Of a stretch of DNA of 64,000 nucleotides, positions 1 through 13,132 are shown in pieces. The position numbers and the translations under genes are program-made. Origin of the DNA: Marsupella aquatica (lineage: Eukaryota > Plantae > Marchantiophyta); NCBI GenBank assembly GCA_973895155.1, contig OZ316893.1, positions 7,340,963 through 7,404,962 on the forward strand. The letters are read 5' to 3'. The number at the start of each line of letters is the position of its first letter. The first letter of the stretch is position 1. The notes under the pieces are model-generated. The model did not search any database. It was not told the DNA's origin and worked only from the letters and a program-made list of their open reading frames with translations.

Positions 1-2017
1 TGGTTGCTGCCGGAGTGAAGAGCTAATTTTGACTTGGGCCATTGAGAAGAAAGCAATGTTGATTGTATTGGTTTTGACAACACGGTAGACAGAGGAATTG
101 GGTTGAAATTGAAATCTTTGTTGTGAATGAGAGAAGTTGAGGGTTTGAGCTGGATTTTCACATTGAGACGGCGTCGCTAATGATGCTGAGTATGGATTAT
201 TAGGGAAATTGGCTTTTGTTGCCTTAGCTGTTATTGCCTCAGTTGTTGTGCAATGACGGCTAATGGCCTGAATGAGGGCTTAAAGTACCTCGTTAGTATG
301 GATAAGAGGATTCGGCCTTCACGGCGGTCTCGGCTCTACTTTGATACTTGGTGGGGAACGGGTAGATGACTGCGCGGCGCTAAGCGAAGGGCGGAGATGT
401 GGGATCTTGAAACTTGGGCGCGATGGCTCGTTGGTCATGGATGAGAGATGGGATGAGGAGCTTGACAAGCCCTATGCTGCTATTGGTTATTGCCCGGGCT
501 TTAGGGTAGAACAGATTTATTTTTCTCTGAAAACAGTTTTTGAGTGAAATGGTTTCCGTGCTCTGAAGGAGGGGATACAGCCCTACGCTGACTTGCTGCT
601 GAGTTCTATTGATGCGTGGAGAACCTGAATTGGTTGTAGGAATTTCAAAGTGGATAGAATTAGGACTTATACTTGACCCCGAGTGACATTGTATTCTGGC
701 CTGAGCGCAAATGTCACTAGGCTGCCTGCTTATGCTTCTTAGGTTGCTTTTACTTTCCGGACTTCCATGTCAGCTTTCGGGAATGACTTTACTTTGAATG
801 AATGTGTATGCCCGGTTATGATATAATGACATTCTCTCTTTCTCCTTTCTGAAGTCACAAATGCAAGTACGCTTCAAGGATAGGTGACTTTTTTGGGGGG
901 GCGAGACTCCCAACATTGTTTGGGGGAATCCTCATTATCCAAAGACTGATCCGGTCCGAACTCAAAGTTGGAAAGCATTTTGTTGGCTAAGATTTAGTTT
1001 TTAGGGTGTAGCTCGTGCAATTGAGTAGTATGTGCAGCTGAATGAGCGTGCTTGTGATCTTGCAATGTTAGTATAGACACTTAGGTTTAATTTGTTCTCT
1101 GTTTTTTATAACTGAACTAAGACATCGAACTTGCATACAAAAATTCTTGCAAATACAGTCATACACGCTCGAGTTTAATTTACTCCCCGTGGATCGATAC
1201 TTGCATGTATGGAATGATTCCACCCCCTCGATCACTTGTCACCCTATCTAGACAAAGCAGAAGGCCACACTCCTGATTAGGCCCTGCTTGGATCGGGCCT
1301 TAAGCATTGTATTACTTTAAAACTAATAGTGCAAAAAATAAAAATTGTGGAAGAACGTGTATAGTCGCTCAATCTCTATACACTTTAGTCATTCAGTTCA
1401 TTCTCAAAACAGAGCCATTCTCTCCAGAAAATAAGTTGAATTTTTGGGTGTCTTTTCTTCTTTATTTGATATGTGTTTAGTGCCTTTTTGGACTAACTTT
1501 CAGACACATCAAGTACTTTGCGTCAAGTGCTTCACAGCAAGTGCTTATTTTTTAACAAGTGGTGTGTATGCAGCTGATGTTGGTCGTGAAGCCAAATAGG
1601 ATTGTATGCTTGACCATTGTTGGCTGATGTCCAGGTGAGTGACCCTGTCATCAGATTGCAATGTAGTGCTAGAGACACTTAAAGTTCAATTTACGCCTAG
1701 TCTTTGTAACGAATGAACTGAGATGGCCTTACCTTAGGTCTTGTTCCTCAATCAAGCCAGAAACACAACAAAAAAGGACATGGCAGTATTACCAAAAGCC
1801 ATGGGTTTGGACACCATTCCAGGCAACAAGGTAAAGTTCTGCGCACAATCAACTAATAGGACTTGATCCACAAATTTTATTGCAAATATAGAAATTGCTT
1901 CCCTTGCCATCAAATGTCTGGAAAGCAATTGTGCAAACGCGCAGGTAATACAATGCTTTAAAAAACACTCAGCTATTTACCTACTTAGTTGAAAGGAATC
2001 TATCACTCCTGAAATCT

Positions 2018-2860
2018 CTAAATAATCACGGAAAGCCACACCAAGCTATTCTCGCACTGTAAAGATATTCTATCATGAAAAGGAGTTGAAATTTTTTGGT
2101 GCCCTGGATTTCTTCTTTGAATTGGCCTACGTGTTTTAGTGACTTTCGGGACTTCCATGTCAGCTGCTTCACCCCGAGTGATCCTCTTTTCACAAGTAGG
2201 GTTTGGGGACAATGGATTTCTCTTCCTCTTTCCCCCAATAGTTCCAGATTTCTTCTCGGTCACAAAACTCTCATGCTGTATATCTTCATTCTCCTTTAGC
2301 AAAGAACCCTTGGATTCTTGCTCTATCTTCTCAAGCTTCACAACAATGCCATTCTTGCTAATGTTCTTGTCTATTGTAACCTTTCGAGCTCTAAGGAGCG
2401 AATTATCCTCACCTTCTGTATCCGAGTCATCCGAGGATAAGAATGAAATGTGCTCATGCTTCACGTCCCTCCCCAAAATAGGCCGAGGAGGGTAGTGCAC
2501 TAATCCAGATTGAAACAATGGTTCAGAATCTGAATCACCTGACTTATCCTCCAATACAGTTTCGTTTTGAGCTCCACTAATCTCCATCTGCAGACTTGGT
2601 TTGGTATTCTGCTTCTTAACTCTTCTTGATTCTGTTTGCTCAATCTGTGGCACTATCAAGGTATCAAATGCAATATTCAGATTAAGTGCTTGAGAGGTAG
2701 GAGGCCTCACAAAAGTTGGTACTTCACTTCTGAATTCTGCAGACTGTCTAATCTTCAATGGACTTGTAACTTCCAACAGTGGGCTGATGTCTGGAATTGA
2801 AGATCCTTGTTTGCTCTCCAAAGAAGAGATAATTGGCTCATGCTGTCCATCGTGGGTCAT
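2018..2860 (-). CDS. Low-complexity Ser/Glu/Lys-rich ORF; possibly the 3' part of the disrupted RING gene
   Basis: 280-aa open frame with no recognisable domain. It lies just beyond the CACTA insertion site on the same strand as the RING exons; joining it needs a frameshift. Confidence 0.3.
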   Translation of the reverse strand: MTHDGQHEPIISSLESKQGSSIPDISPLLEVTSPLKIRQSAEFRSEVPTFVRPPTSQALNLNIAFDTLIVPQIEQTESRRVKKQNTKPSLQMEISGAQNETVLEDKSGDSDSEPLFQSGLVHYPPRPILGRDVKHEHISFLSSDDSDTEGEDNSLLRARKVTIDKNISKNGIVVKLEKIEQESKGSLLKENEDIQHESFVTEKKSGTIGGKRKRNPLSPNPTCEKRITRGEAADMEVPKVTKTRRPIQRRNPGHQKISTPFHDRISLQCENSLVWLSVII

Positions 2861-3616
2861 GAAGGAAGATGATAAATCAGGTTGCTCATTTACACAGCTA
2901 TCCCACCCATGAGCCTCAATTGATCATCAAGCATATTGAAGTGGTCGTTTTGTAGCGCAATGATCTGCTGGTCTTGAGCTAGGACCTCCTCTTGCATAGT
3001 ACACTACAACACTATCGGCTGGTTTTGCGAAGACAATCTCATCGCAACTAACAAGCCCCTGATTTTCATAATTCTGGCCATTGCGAACATACGCGCATCG
3101 CACCACCTTCGCACTTTGCGAACCTAATAACTTTGCACGCGGCCCATCGCAACGGCATCGCAACACCATGGCAAACTACAAATCTGAGAGGTTCGCAAGA
3201 TTCAATACTTGTGCGATCCATTATACGTCGCATAAGGTTTGCAAACATACACGCACACGTCCCGCGCGGGCGTTGATATTTGAGAAGGATTTACCATCGC
3301 ATCATATTTGTGAAAGATACTGGTTCAATTGTTTTGATGGGGATTGTATGACAAAGAGCGATACCGGTGAGTTCAGAAGTTTGTGAACGGTTTCGATTAG
3401 GAAAGTGCGATCCTAGAAATATCACAAAAACCCGACATATTTGGATCTGAAGTTATGAAGTTAATTGACTCAAAAAGTGCGACGCCTTGGGGTTTATATT
3501 GTGCGATGGGAATGAGTTCTTTAAGGGTTCGCAAAATTATGATCATAGAGGATTCAATACATTATTTGCGAGGGGTTTTCCTTGGGACCCAATGTGGAAG
3601 GCAAAATTGTTGTTTT

Positions 3617-4004
3617 GGTCAAGTGCAAGCTAGAGGGGTACCAAAGGAGTCCCCAAGGACTAGCTCAAAAAGGAGAGGGAAAGGACTAGAAATGTCATTA
3701 AGATTTAGTTGAGCACACTCCCAAAAAGGTTGGCCACACTTCCAAACGATTGGGGGCACTGCCAACAATGTTGTGCACACTTCCGAAAAGATTGGGCACA
3801 TTTCTAGAATTCCAAACATTTGGACACACTTCCAAACATTTGGCATGCATGATCTAACCTTTCAATCTCACCAAAACAATCCTGGCCATTCCATGTAACA
3901 TTTTGGTCTTTTTGTCCTCTAGTGATTGCTTTTACCAAGGACCTATGTCCTTTTGGTGGAGAAAATGGAGATCCTTTCAGTACCCCTCTAGCTTGCACTT
4001 GACC
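3617..4004. mobile_element. MITE, GGT..ACC termini, 388 bp
   Basis: Perfect 25-bp TIR GGTCAAGTGCAAGCTAGAGGGGTAC (3617-3641 / 3980-4004), flanked by TTTT on both sides. Internal CACACTTCC repeats. Confidence 0.85.
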
Positions 4005-4289
4005 TTTTATAAAATGGAAAAGCATGAACAAAATGATAGGGCTTCAAAGAACCCTATACATGGACAAGAGGGGGGAAATATCTGATGCTAGGTCCGCCCT
4101 TCTAAACCTATGCTGCCTCTTCCTACCCTAAGCTCCGGCATGACAAGTCACTCTCATGCATGTATCTCTACAAAATAACTAGAATGGGCTCTTGCGGCTC
4201 CTCTTGGTTGGCTTCTTGCCCTTATCCTTCCGGGGATCCTGTTGGTGACGGGTGCGTGATGGCCGTCGGTGCTCCTGCTCCTACTGCTC

Positions 4290-6194
4290 CTACTGCTCCT
4301 CTGGCTCCTCCTGCCCCTCCTGCTCCTCCTCCTCATCCTCAGGGTCCTCCTCCTCCCCCTGGTCATCAACGTGTGCTGATGACACACGACTACCACCACT
4401 ACCACGGTGGGAAGAACCTACCTCACGACTACTCCCCCCGAGCACCACTAGTACCAAGAGTAGCCCCCTCATCGTCATCACTACTGCTCACATCAGCACC
4501 CGACCCCTCAGGCTCATCCGAATCCTGCATCCATTACATATCATTAGTTTCCGCAAGACATAAAGGGTCACTCACAATGTTCGCATGCTAATCATATGGT
4601 TCACACTTAGACACTTACAATAGCCAACTCGGCATCTACCATCGCAAAGAGGTACTTTTGTCCATGCTCTATCGCCACCTCAATATGCTTTTTTGATATC
4701 TTCCTTTTGTACCTCTGATACTGCCATGCATAAAACTAATTAAAATTGGTTAAATTTGCCCTTAAGCATACCCTATAGCCACAAGTGATGCCTAAATCCT
4801 CAACTACTAAACACGACCCAACAAAAATTTAAAATTCAAATTTGCAAACCTATAAGCATGGCAACTTGCGAACCACATTTTTTGTGAAGGCGTTGCGATG
4901 GAGTTTGCGATGCGCATTTGTTCGCAAAGGCATCAGAAAATTGAAATGGAAAAAGTCCATGATAGACTTTGTGAGGGGTTTGCGAACAAATGCGCACCGC
5001 AACACCTTCGCAAATTGTGTTCCCGACAGTTTTTAAAAATTTGCCAAAAATTCTAAGTGTCAGAGTTGCCCTAAACTAGTAACCAAGCAAGCATGCACAA
5101 CAGCAAGAACATTTGGGGATGTCATTCACTTGCATTGCACAACTCTGAAAGGAATAGAGAGGTTAGGGAGGAGCAAGAGGCACTCACAAAGTGTGACTTG
5201 AGGTCGGGGAGCCCGCCTTGACCCAACTTGTGGACTGGATTGGGGGTGGATTTCACTCGTTTGGCTGCATCTGTGAAACGCTTGGGTGGCTTTCCCTCCT
5301 GGTCGGCCACCTTCTGCATCTCAGCTACCTTCTGCTCAAGTGGCTTCAGGTCGTGGTCAGGGGGGAGGTTCCCGGCCTCCTTTGCTTTCAAGGCTCGATC
5401 TAGATTGCCCTTCCACTCTTCCAACTCGTGAGCTGCCTTAATTTGCACCTCAATCTTGTAAAACAAATTCCAGATGTCCTCGGTGAAGTGGAGGGGTCTG
5501 TGCAAGTTCCTGTATGATCTCAAGTCTTTCAGGCGGGCTCTAATCTTCATCCTGTCATGGTATCGCATTTGAGACATAGAATTTGAAATCTTATCTGCCA
5601 ACCATTGCTCATCTATGTCAGGCCCATTGCAAAATGCATCCTTGATTTGGTTGATGACCCTCTTTTGCTCTGCCTTCTCAATCTTCCCCCACTGCATGCC
5701 TCGTGAGAAATTGCTTGTGATAATCTGCTTGATTGTGCTCTTAGCCCCTGCATACGCTAGCTCAGTTGGAGTCCCACTCATCTCCAAGGCAATGAATGGA
5801 AGTTTTTTTCTTGCTTCCTCTTTCTGACGTTGCTCCTCCCTCTGTTTTCGAATTGAATCTCTCTCCTCTCTTCTCTTCTGCTTCTCTAGGGCTTGAGGAG
5901 AGGCAACTCCCGACTTAGTTCTTTCCTCTCTCTCCCTTTTTTCTCTCTAGCCTTCTCTTCAGCTGCGGCCCTCTCCTCCCCCTCTCTAGTAGCTTGTCCT
6001 GCTACAATCCCAGTTTGCAAAACCTGTCCAAGAATGGCACTCAAAGAGGCAAGCCCTGCTGGAGAATTGAGATTCACTTCTCCCAATTGTGCAGCACTGA
6101 GATGTTGGGCCACTAAGTCTGCCCAGGCATTCTTCTCTTTCTCTGGATTTCCCCCATTGCCACTACCACTACCACCTTGCCCTCCACTCCTCAC
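4290..6194 (-). pseudogene. CACTA accessory (TnpA / Transposase_24-like) gene, fragmented
   Basis: Minus-strand ORFs 5886-6194 and 5122-5787 (motif NPVHKLGQGG, resembling the En/Spm TnpA-type H..G..G) and an acidic tail at 4290-4481, all inside the CACTA. Confidence 0.5.
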
Positions 6195-7229
6195 CGGTAG
6201 CCATAGCTCCCCTCTCTCATAGTCTCCCTCGTACTGTCGCGCGCGCCCCGGCCCTTCTCGTCTCGCTCAAAAACTGAAATGAGCCCGAATGCGAGCTCCC
6301 GCCGATGTTTACGCCATTCAAAAACGGGTTTGCGATGACATACGCATGGGAAACTGCAAAGCCCGCGCCCTCGCAAATAGTCTCACAACTTGCGAGGCAC
6401 TTCTGAATCTATTCCCTTTGCAAGGCCATCACAACCCGCAGAAGACCCAAAAAATTGTTCTTGGCCTCTATTTTTGCGAAGTAAGTGCGAAGGCCGTAGG
6501 TTCGCAAAAAGATTCTCTAACTTGTGAAATAATTTGCGAGGCAGGTCTTATCGGTTTAGGGTTGGAAAACACTTTGGGGTGTCAAACGGCTATTAAGGTT
6601 TGTCAAACGACATTTAAGGTATGTTAAGTGCCCATAAGTTAACATGGAAGGGGTGTCAATGGATTTTTTTGGTTGTAAGGATAACTAGAATATAAGTTAA
6701 CAAAGGTTTGGGTTTAATTAAAGGTTAGGTTTATATTTGGTTTTAATCTAGGAGTATTTGGTTTAATTAAGGGGGTTAAAACTTGGGTTAGGTTGGAATA
6801 AAAGGGTTGGGTTTAAATTAATGGGTTTGGCTTAGGGTTTAAATTAATGGGTTTGGCTTAGGGTTCAAGGTAGAGGTTTGCATTAGGTTGTGAGTAATTA
6901 CAGGGGTTGGGTTTGGTTTTAGTTGAGGGGTTGAATTGTGGTTGTTTTTTAAAGGGATTGGGTTTGGTTTTTAGTTGGGGGGTTTAATTGTGGTTTTTTT
7001 AAAGGGGTTGGGTTTCTAATGTAAGTGTTTGGGTTGGGGTGTAACATGATCTAGGGTTGGATTTGGTTCTAATTGAGGGGGTACAATTTTTGCTTAAGTT
7101 TTAAAAAGGGCCTCAATTTAGGGGTTAGGGTGAAGTTTAGAATAACTATAGGGGTGGGGGTTGGCCTATATAGGTAAAGTAAGGTGTAGATAGGGTAAGG
7201 GTTTTATATGTAATTGGGGGATTTGGGTT

Positions 7230-7948
7230 GGGTTTAGGGTAAAGGTTTGAATTTTTAATGAGGGATTTGGGTATTGGTTAGGATAAGGGTAAGGGTTTAG
7301 GGTGCTTGAGGGATTTGGGTTAGGTTTTAATGAAGGGTTTCATTTCATGGTTTGGGTTTAGGGTAGGGGTTTGGGTTTAGGGTAAAGGTTTGAATTTTTA
7401 ATGAGGGATTTGGGTAATGGTTAGGGTGAGGGTAAGGGTTTAGGGTGATTGAGGGATTTGGGTTAGGTTTTAATGAAGGGTTTCATTTCATGGTTTGGGT
7501 TTAGGGTAGGGGTTTGGGTTTAGGGTAAAGGTTTGAATTTTTAATGAGGGATTTGGGTATTGGTTAGAGTGAGGGTAAGGGTTTAGGGTGATTGAGGGAT
7601 TTGGGTTAGGTTTTAATGAAGGGTTTCATTTCATGGTTTGGGTTTAGGGTAGGGGTTTGGGTTTAGGGTAAAGGTTTGAATTTTTAATGAGGGATTTGGG
7701 TATTGGTTAGGGTGAGGGTAAGGGTTTAGGGTGATTGAGGGATTTGGGTTAGGTTTTAATGAAGGGTTTCATTTCATGGTTTGGGTTTAGGGTAGGGGTT
7801 TGGGTTTAGGGTAAAGGTTTGAATTTTTAATGAGGGATTTGGGTATTGGTTAGGGTGAGGGTAAGGGTTTAGGGTGATTGAGGGATTTGGGTTAGGTTTT
7901 AATGAAGGTTTCATTTCATGGTTTGGGTTTAGGGTAGGGTTTGGGTTA
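7230..7948. repeat. 143-bp tandem repeat, about 5 copies, G/T-rich with embedded TTTAGGG motifs
   Basis: AAAGGTTTGAATTTTT recurs at 7241, 7384, 7527, 7670 and 7813 (143-bp spacing). Degenerate GGGTT-rich sequence starts at about 6700. Confidence 0.95.
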
Positions 7949-8377
7949 CTTATATTTCTTTCTCTATCTCATTAACATGGAGTGGAAAACTCTTTGGCGT
8001 TGTAGGGCACTTCCCCATGTTTTTTAAAGTTTTGGCTAATGCATGATAATGCCTTGCGAGAGCCCGGGCATCTGAAAGGTATAACGTTTTCTCATGCATT
8101 TCTAGTCATTGCTGTAAATATGGAGGGTTACAATCTATCATCCTTTTTTCTGGTTCACCATAAGGCATGGCTTAATTCATTGTATATTGGCAGATTTTCC
8201 CCTCCGTCCAGATTTGGTTCATGAAATTTGAGCCACAAGATCCGTCAAGGCATTGCTAAGCCCGGGTCTCATAAAGGTATTTTCTGTCAATTCTTTTTAA
8301 TATGTTTAGGTAGGGATTATCAATGATGGTTTTGGTGAAGTTTTTACTAATCGCCTTCCAATTGCTATACTTGTCAG

Positions 8378-8610
8378 ATGTCTTCATCCTCTACAACTTC
8401 CACCACATCAGATTCCTCTTCCGATGAAGAAAGTCGTCCTCCTCCTCAGCCTGAACCAACCGTACGTCGACCTAGTGGTCCACCTCGCCAACTTTGTGGT
8501 TGTAAAAAATGTGTGGGGATGGTTTTCCAAAAGTCATATGTATGTGCGGAGCACATTGCTCGATATGGCCAACATCGAGGTCTTACACCGGGAGCTTCTT
8601 CATCCCGTAT
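8378..8610 (+). CDS. Probable first coding exon of the CACTA transposase (transposase-associated Cys/His domain)
   Basis: Preceded by a TTGTCAG acceptor. Encodes QLCGCKKC...CAEHIARYG, like the CxCxxC..H..G N-terminal domain of En/Spm transposases. Candidate donor ATG|GTGACA. Confidence 0.55.
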
Positions 8611-10195
8611 GGTGACACTAGTAGAAACCGGGGCAATTTAGACCATACCTTATAGGACTAAGCCCACTAAGTCCTTTTTCCATACTTGAAACGACTCGCA
8701 CCCATTGCACCGGTTTTGTTGAAGACTACAAAAGACTATTAGTGTTTTATAGTTCACTAAAAGACTATGAGAAGTAACCTTGCTACTTTGTGAACGGTGA
8801 ATAGTCTAGCACATCATGGGTAATGTTCACTTATGTTGAGGAGGGGTAATTCTATAAAGAGGGTGATAGCAAGGGGCATAACTCAATAAATGGCCTTATT
8901 TGTGACCAAAAAGGTTTTGGAGTGAGGTTCATGGAGGGTGGACTACGGAGGGATCGATTACTAACTCCATCTATAAAAGGCTGAGATGCACAAAGGTAGA
9001 TTTGTACCGGTCTCAAGGGGGTGTGGGTTTAGGGTTAGGGGGTTGTCCAGCCGAAGAACACTCGATTGAAATAGTGACGCAATGATTTAGGGTAAAGGAA
9101 CATGTTTAGGGACCCTAACTTGTTTGCTGCCTTGGGAGGATCTTGAGAGCCTGAGCTTGCAAGCGGCACTCTAAAAATGGCCCCTGGCATTGCAAAGATA
9201 GTCTAGCCACAGTCGAGTTGTCAAGACGTTTAGGGGGTTTATATGTCAAGGCTAGGGGGTGGCTGGGTTTTCACTAAAGGGGGTTTAGGGGGGGTTTGAT
9301 GTCAAGGGTCGGGGGTTGCATGTTAAGGGGATGGGGGTTTAGGGACCATTGGATTGTCGGCATCCATCCCCCCCGGTCCATTCTTCATCCATTTAACCCT
9401 CTTTTGCCAATGACTCCAAATGTCCAATGGGTTTTCAGAGGGTTTATGCTTGAGGAGGGTGAGTTTAAGGGTAGGTGTTGTTTTTTGCCATCTGGGTGAC
9501 TTAGGATATTTATCTAACCCAATGACTATACCCAAAATACCCAACTAAAAGCCCCCCCCCCCCCAAAAAAAAATGCATGCACCCTTGGTCTTAGTTACCG
9601 TTTAATCCTAACTGTGAACTTACGTCTAAATGTGTTAGGTGCTTGCAGAATGCCTATGAACGAGTCCTTCCAGTCGACTCAATGTTTAGGGTAAACGGAT
9701 TTTGTAAAGGAAAATTGCACAAAGTGTTGACGGCTACCACCAGGGTTTTCCTTCACGTTTCTGCAAGGGAATCCAAGGCCAAACACTTTGCGCCCAATAA
9801 TGCACTTTTCCTCAGTTGCTCTCGACTCTTGCACCTGATCGCACTCAGTCAATACATTTAGCGCTTTTGGAGGTGGGATTTCATGTCATTGCGTAGGGCT
9901 TGGAGCTTCGACCTTTGCTATATGACCCATTGTCGACTGCAATCTCACTATAGGGTTTAGGTGGGCCCTAAATCTTACATTCGTCTTTCCTGTGGTGACA
10001 ACGCGGGTGCTAAGGTGTATAGGAGCAAGGTTGTCGGGAGGTTTATCGCGGATGACTGGCGATTGGTGAGGCCTATTTGCATTCATCTCCACTATCATTG
10101 GGTACCCGAGATACAACGATCGACCTTCTATACAGAGGCGAGGAAGTGACGACAACCTACAACTCTTTGCGGGAATGCGTGGTCTTCTGCTTACC

Positions 10196-13132
10196 TGATT
10201 GCCCTCATGCTTGACTGTAAATACATTAGTAAAGTTTTGCTTTGGCTCAACTTTGGTCTTTTTTGGCCTTGCGTGACTGCGCTCACTTCTCTCGGTTTCC
10301 AGTGTGCAGTTGGCTAAAGACCTGGATGTCATGCTGTGAGCGCAAGCTGCTAGTAATTGTCCATAGCTTGGGGAAAGCGGTGGGGACTGAGGCCACAAAG
10401 GAGTTTGACCTGCGCTTTTTTTTCTTTGCAGCAAGAGCGAGAGTGAGACGAGTTGCAAATTGAGTTTCATTGAGCTGCTGCCCTGGGCTTGGCGGAGGTC
10501 CTACACTCTTGTGTCGCTCACTTGTTCAGCTGCGGTGGGATCGGGCTTTTGGTAGTGACCTGTTCAGTTGCAGTGGGAGCTGACAACTTTGGTGGCTGTG
10601 GTGTTGAGCTTTTGAGGAGGGCAAGCAACTGCGTGATGTGCCCTTGAGTGAATGTCTCTTGGAGGAGCTGCGAAGTGGTGAAAGGGGAAGGAGGTGAGCT
10701 CGGGCCTGGAAGCAATGTGCTTCTCCAACATTTTTGCACAATGCAATGCTGCTCAATCGTTTATCCTTCCTCTAAAGCTGGGTGTGACGCATCGACCTTT
10801 GACGGGAGTATCTGCATTACAGTTTGCTACATACGACTGCTCTCTGTGTGGCAATTGCCAATAGCTAGCGCAATGGAGGGTTCGACGTCAACTTTGAGTC
10901 ATTGATCAGTGCACACTACATCGCTCTCCCTTTGCTAAACCCTTTCTTTTGGCTTGGTTCTTGGTGCCTTTGGCATAGGAGCGACGTTATTGCTAATCAA
11001 CTCCCGAATCAACTTTGGAGGTGCGGGTTAGAAGGGGTTGGAGAGAGGAGGTCCAAACCGAGAATGCCCTTCACCGTCAACGGTTTCTACTAGTCCCGGC
11101 CATGCAGCTGAAAGTGCGCTTCTTTCAGGTGTCGTAGCATTCTGCCAGTCGGGTGCTTGGACTGCAGAGAAGAGCAGCCACAGTCATTCAGTTCTTCTCC
11201 TAGCTCAGCTGCGCATTGTCAACCATCGAGCGCTGCTGCGCGCTAGCTGTGAACCCCAAGAGGAGCTGCGACAAGGAGGAGATGCAACCAAGAGGAGACG
11301 CGACGAAGAGGAGATGCGACCAAGAGAAGCTGCTGCATCCCACATTGAGTTGGACATTGAGGTAGGGACGTGAGCTGCGCACTTTCAACCATCAAGCAAC
11401 CACCAAGCTCGGCAGCGCTCTGGGATTTGTTGGCCACAGCAGACAAAGCGGAAGACAAAGGTGAGTGTTCGTGCACTGTTAGAGTAACCGCAAGTACTCT
11501 ATTACATGCCTCGTTGTTCTCTATTACATGCCTTGTTCTCCCGCCCACTGTTTCCTGCGATTTTCTTTCTTCCATAAGAGAATGGTGATTTCTTCTTCTA
11601 TCAAACAAAACCCCACCCAACCACCACACAAGAACGTGGGGTGCGCGCTTCTTAATCCTCCTCAAACTGGCCCATTGTTCATTGAAACCCCACATATTAC
11701 CCACCGGCACCAAGGGTCCAGTCCCAACCCGTCTTCCGCTCCCCACCATCTCCACTCTCTCGCGCATCTATCTCCTGAACGGCGTCGCTCTCCCTTAGAC
11801 GCAAAATGCTCCGCTGTGATATTGCCTCCAACTTTTCTAGTGCAGTCTAGGCAATTAGACTGCTTTTGCAAAAACTGCCCTTCTTAAAAGTGAGCAATAC
11901 TAATAAGCCCCGGGGGTGGAGCGTTTGTTACGATGGCCGTGGACCTACCGTGGGCTATGGTAGAACACTCTATTGTCTATGATGATTCTGAATCTGCTTG
12001 AACTGCGAGTGGATGTGCTTTAAGGCAAACTTGTCGGAGAAATTAGAATGGGGGGACGGAGCTGTCAGTGCTTAGGTTGTGGCATTTTTGAGATTGTCAA
12101 GAGTAATCTGTGATCTCATTTCTAAATGGTTTGAGCTCCTCTGATGTGCATAGGAATCGGGCTGAGGAAAGCTTTTGGGAGCTATCATCGGAACTAGCTT
12201 TCGATCTATTTCTGCTACTTTTGAATTGGTACTTGGGAAGGCTTTGTATTGTTAAGCACTACAAGATTCACAGGCCAGACCTGCTTGCTAGAATGAGGGG
12301 CTTTGAAGGAATGTGTGGCCAGGGCTGATTAAGTATGGATTAATTTTGCATTGCCTGAGATACTGAAACTGCCACCCGCTTTGTTTCAATGCCTTTGACT
12401 TCTTGCTCTTGCAACTTTGGAGCTGGGAGGGTGAGACGGAGGGTGAGTTGTCTGTGTCGCTTACCTTTGCTGAAATTTCCCCTTTCTTGCCTCTCTGGCT
12501 GTGCTGCTACTGCGGTTGTTGATCTTCGTCCACCCACTTGCCTACTCAATCAAGTGAGTACAGCTTTGTCTCTGTGTATATTACCCCATATATTACTCCC
12601 CGGCACCAAGGGTCCAGTCCCAACCTGTCTTCCGCTTGCCACCCTCTTCACTCTCTCGCGCATCTATCTCCTGATATTTCACGCGTAGCCGAGCCCACCA
12701 AAAGCTCTCTCCCTACAATCCCTCCCAAATCAACTTTCTCGTTTCCTGCTGCTGCTGATGTATGTTTGTTCTCCCCTATTTTTGTTTACTGTTTGGTCTC
12801 TCCACACTTCTTGCTTGACATTACTGTTGTGCTCCTCCCTAGATCCGAACATGCCTTGTGCCCCGTGCACCGACTTGCATCCTTTTCTTCACTAAGGGGG
12901 GGACCACAGCCTCCAGCCATACCTTGTGGCGGGCCTGGTCAAGACGGTGGTCGGTAGCTCGTTTTTGCTTTTTTCTCTTTTGTTTCCCAAGCTTTTGGGC
13001 AAGGGCATTACCATTCTGGATTCTCCATGAGGCGCCACTAGCTTTTTTTCTCAGTTGCCCGTGTGCCTGCCTTCTTAGTTTTGTTTTTTCCTCAAGTGAC
13101 CGGGCCATCGGTTTCATTCCTGTGGAGCACTG
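10196..13132. mobile_element. Degenerate unclassified element fragment
   Basis: Only short, stop-riddled ORFs. An approximately 90-bp direct repeat at about 11690-11778 and 12586-12674. Starts TG after CTTACC, which recurs after ..AAACA at 35924. Confidence 0.3.

Noticed and set aside
1-2000. Possible degraded retroelement or gene remnants
   Set aside because: No sustained ORF, terminal repeat or diagnostic motif could be established by eye.
7230-7948. True or interstitial telomere array
   Set aside because: TTTAGGG motifs are dispersed within a 143-bp unit rather than forming a pure heptamer array.
8616-11095. CACTAGTAGAAACCG at 8616 with a 14-bp inverted match at 11081-11094, as a nested CACTA
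   Set aside because: The right end lacks the terminal G, there is no 3-bp TSD, and a 14-bp match is near chance expectation in a window this size.
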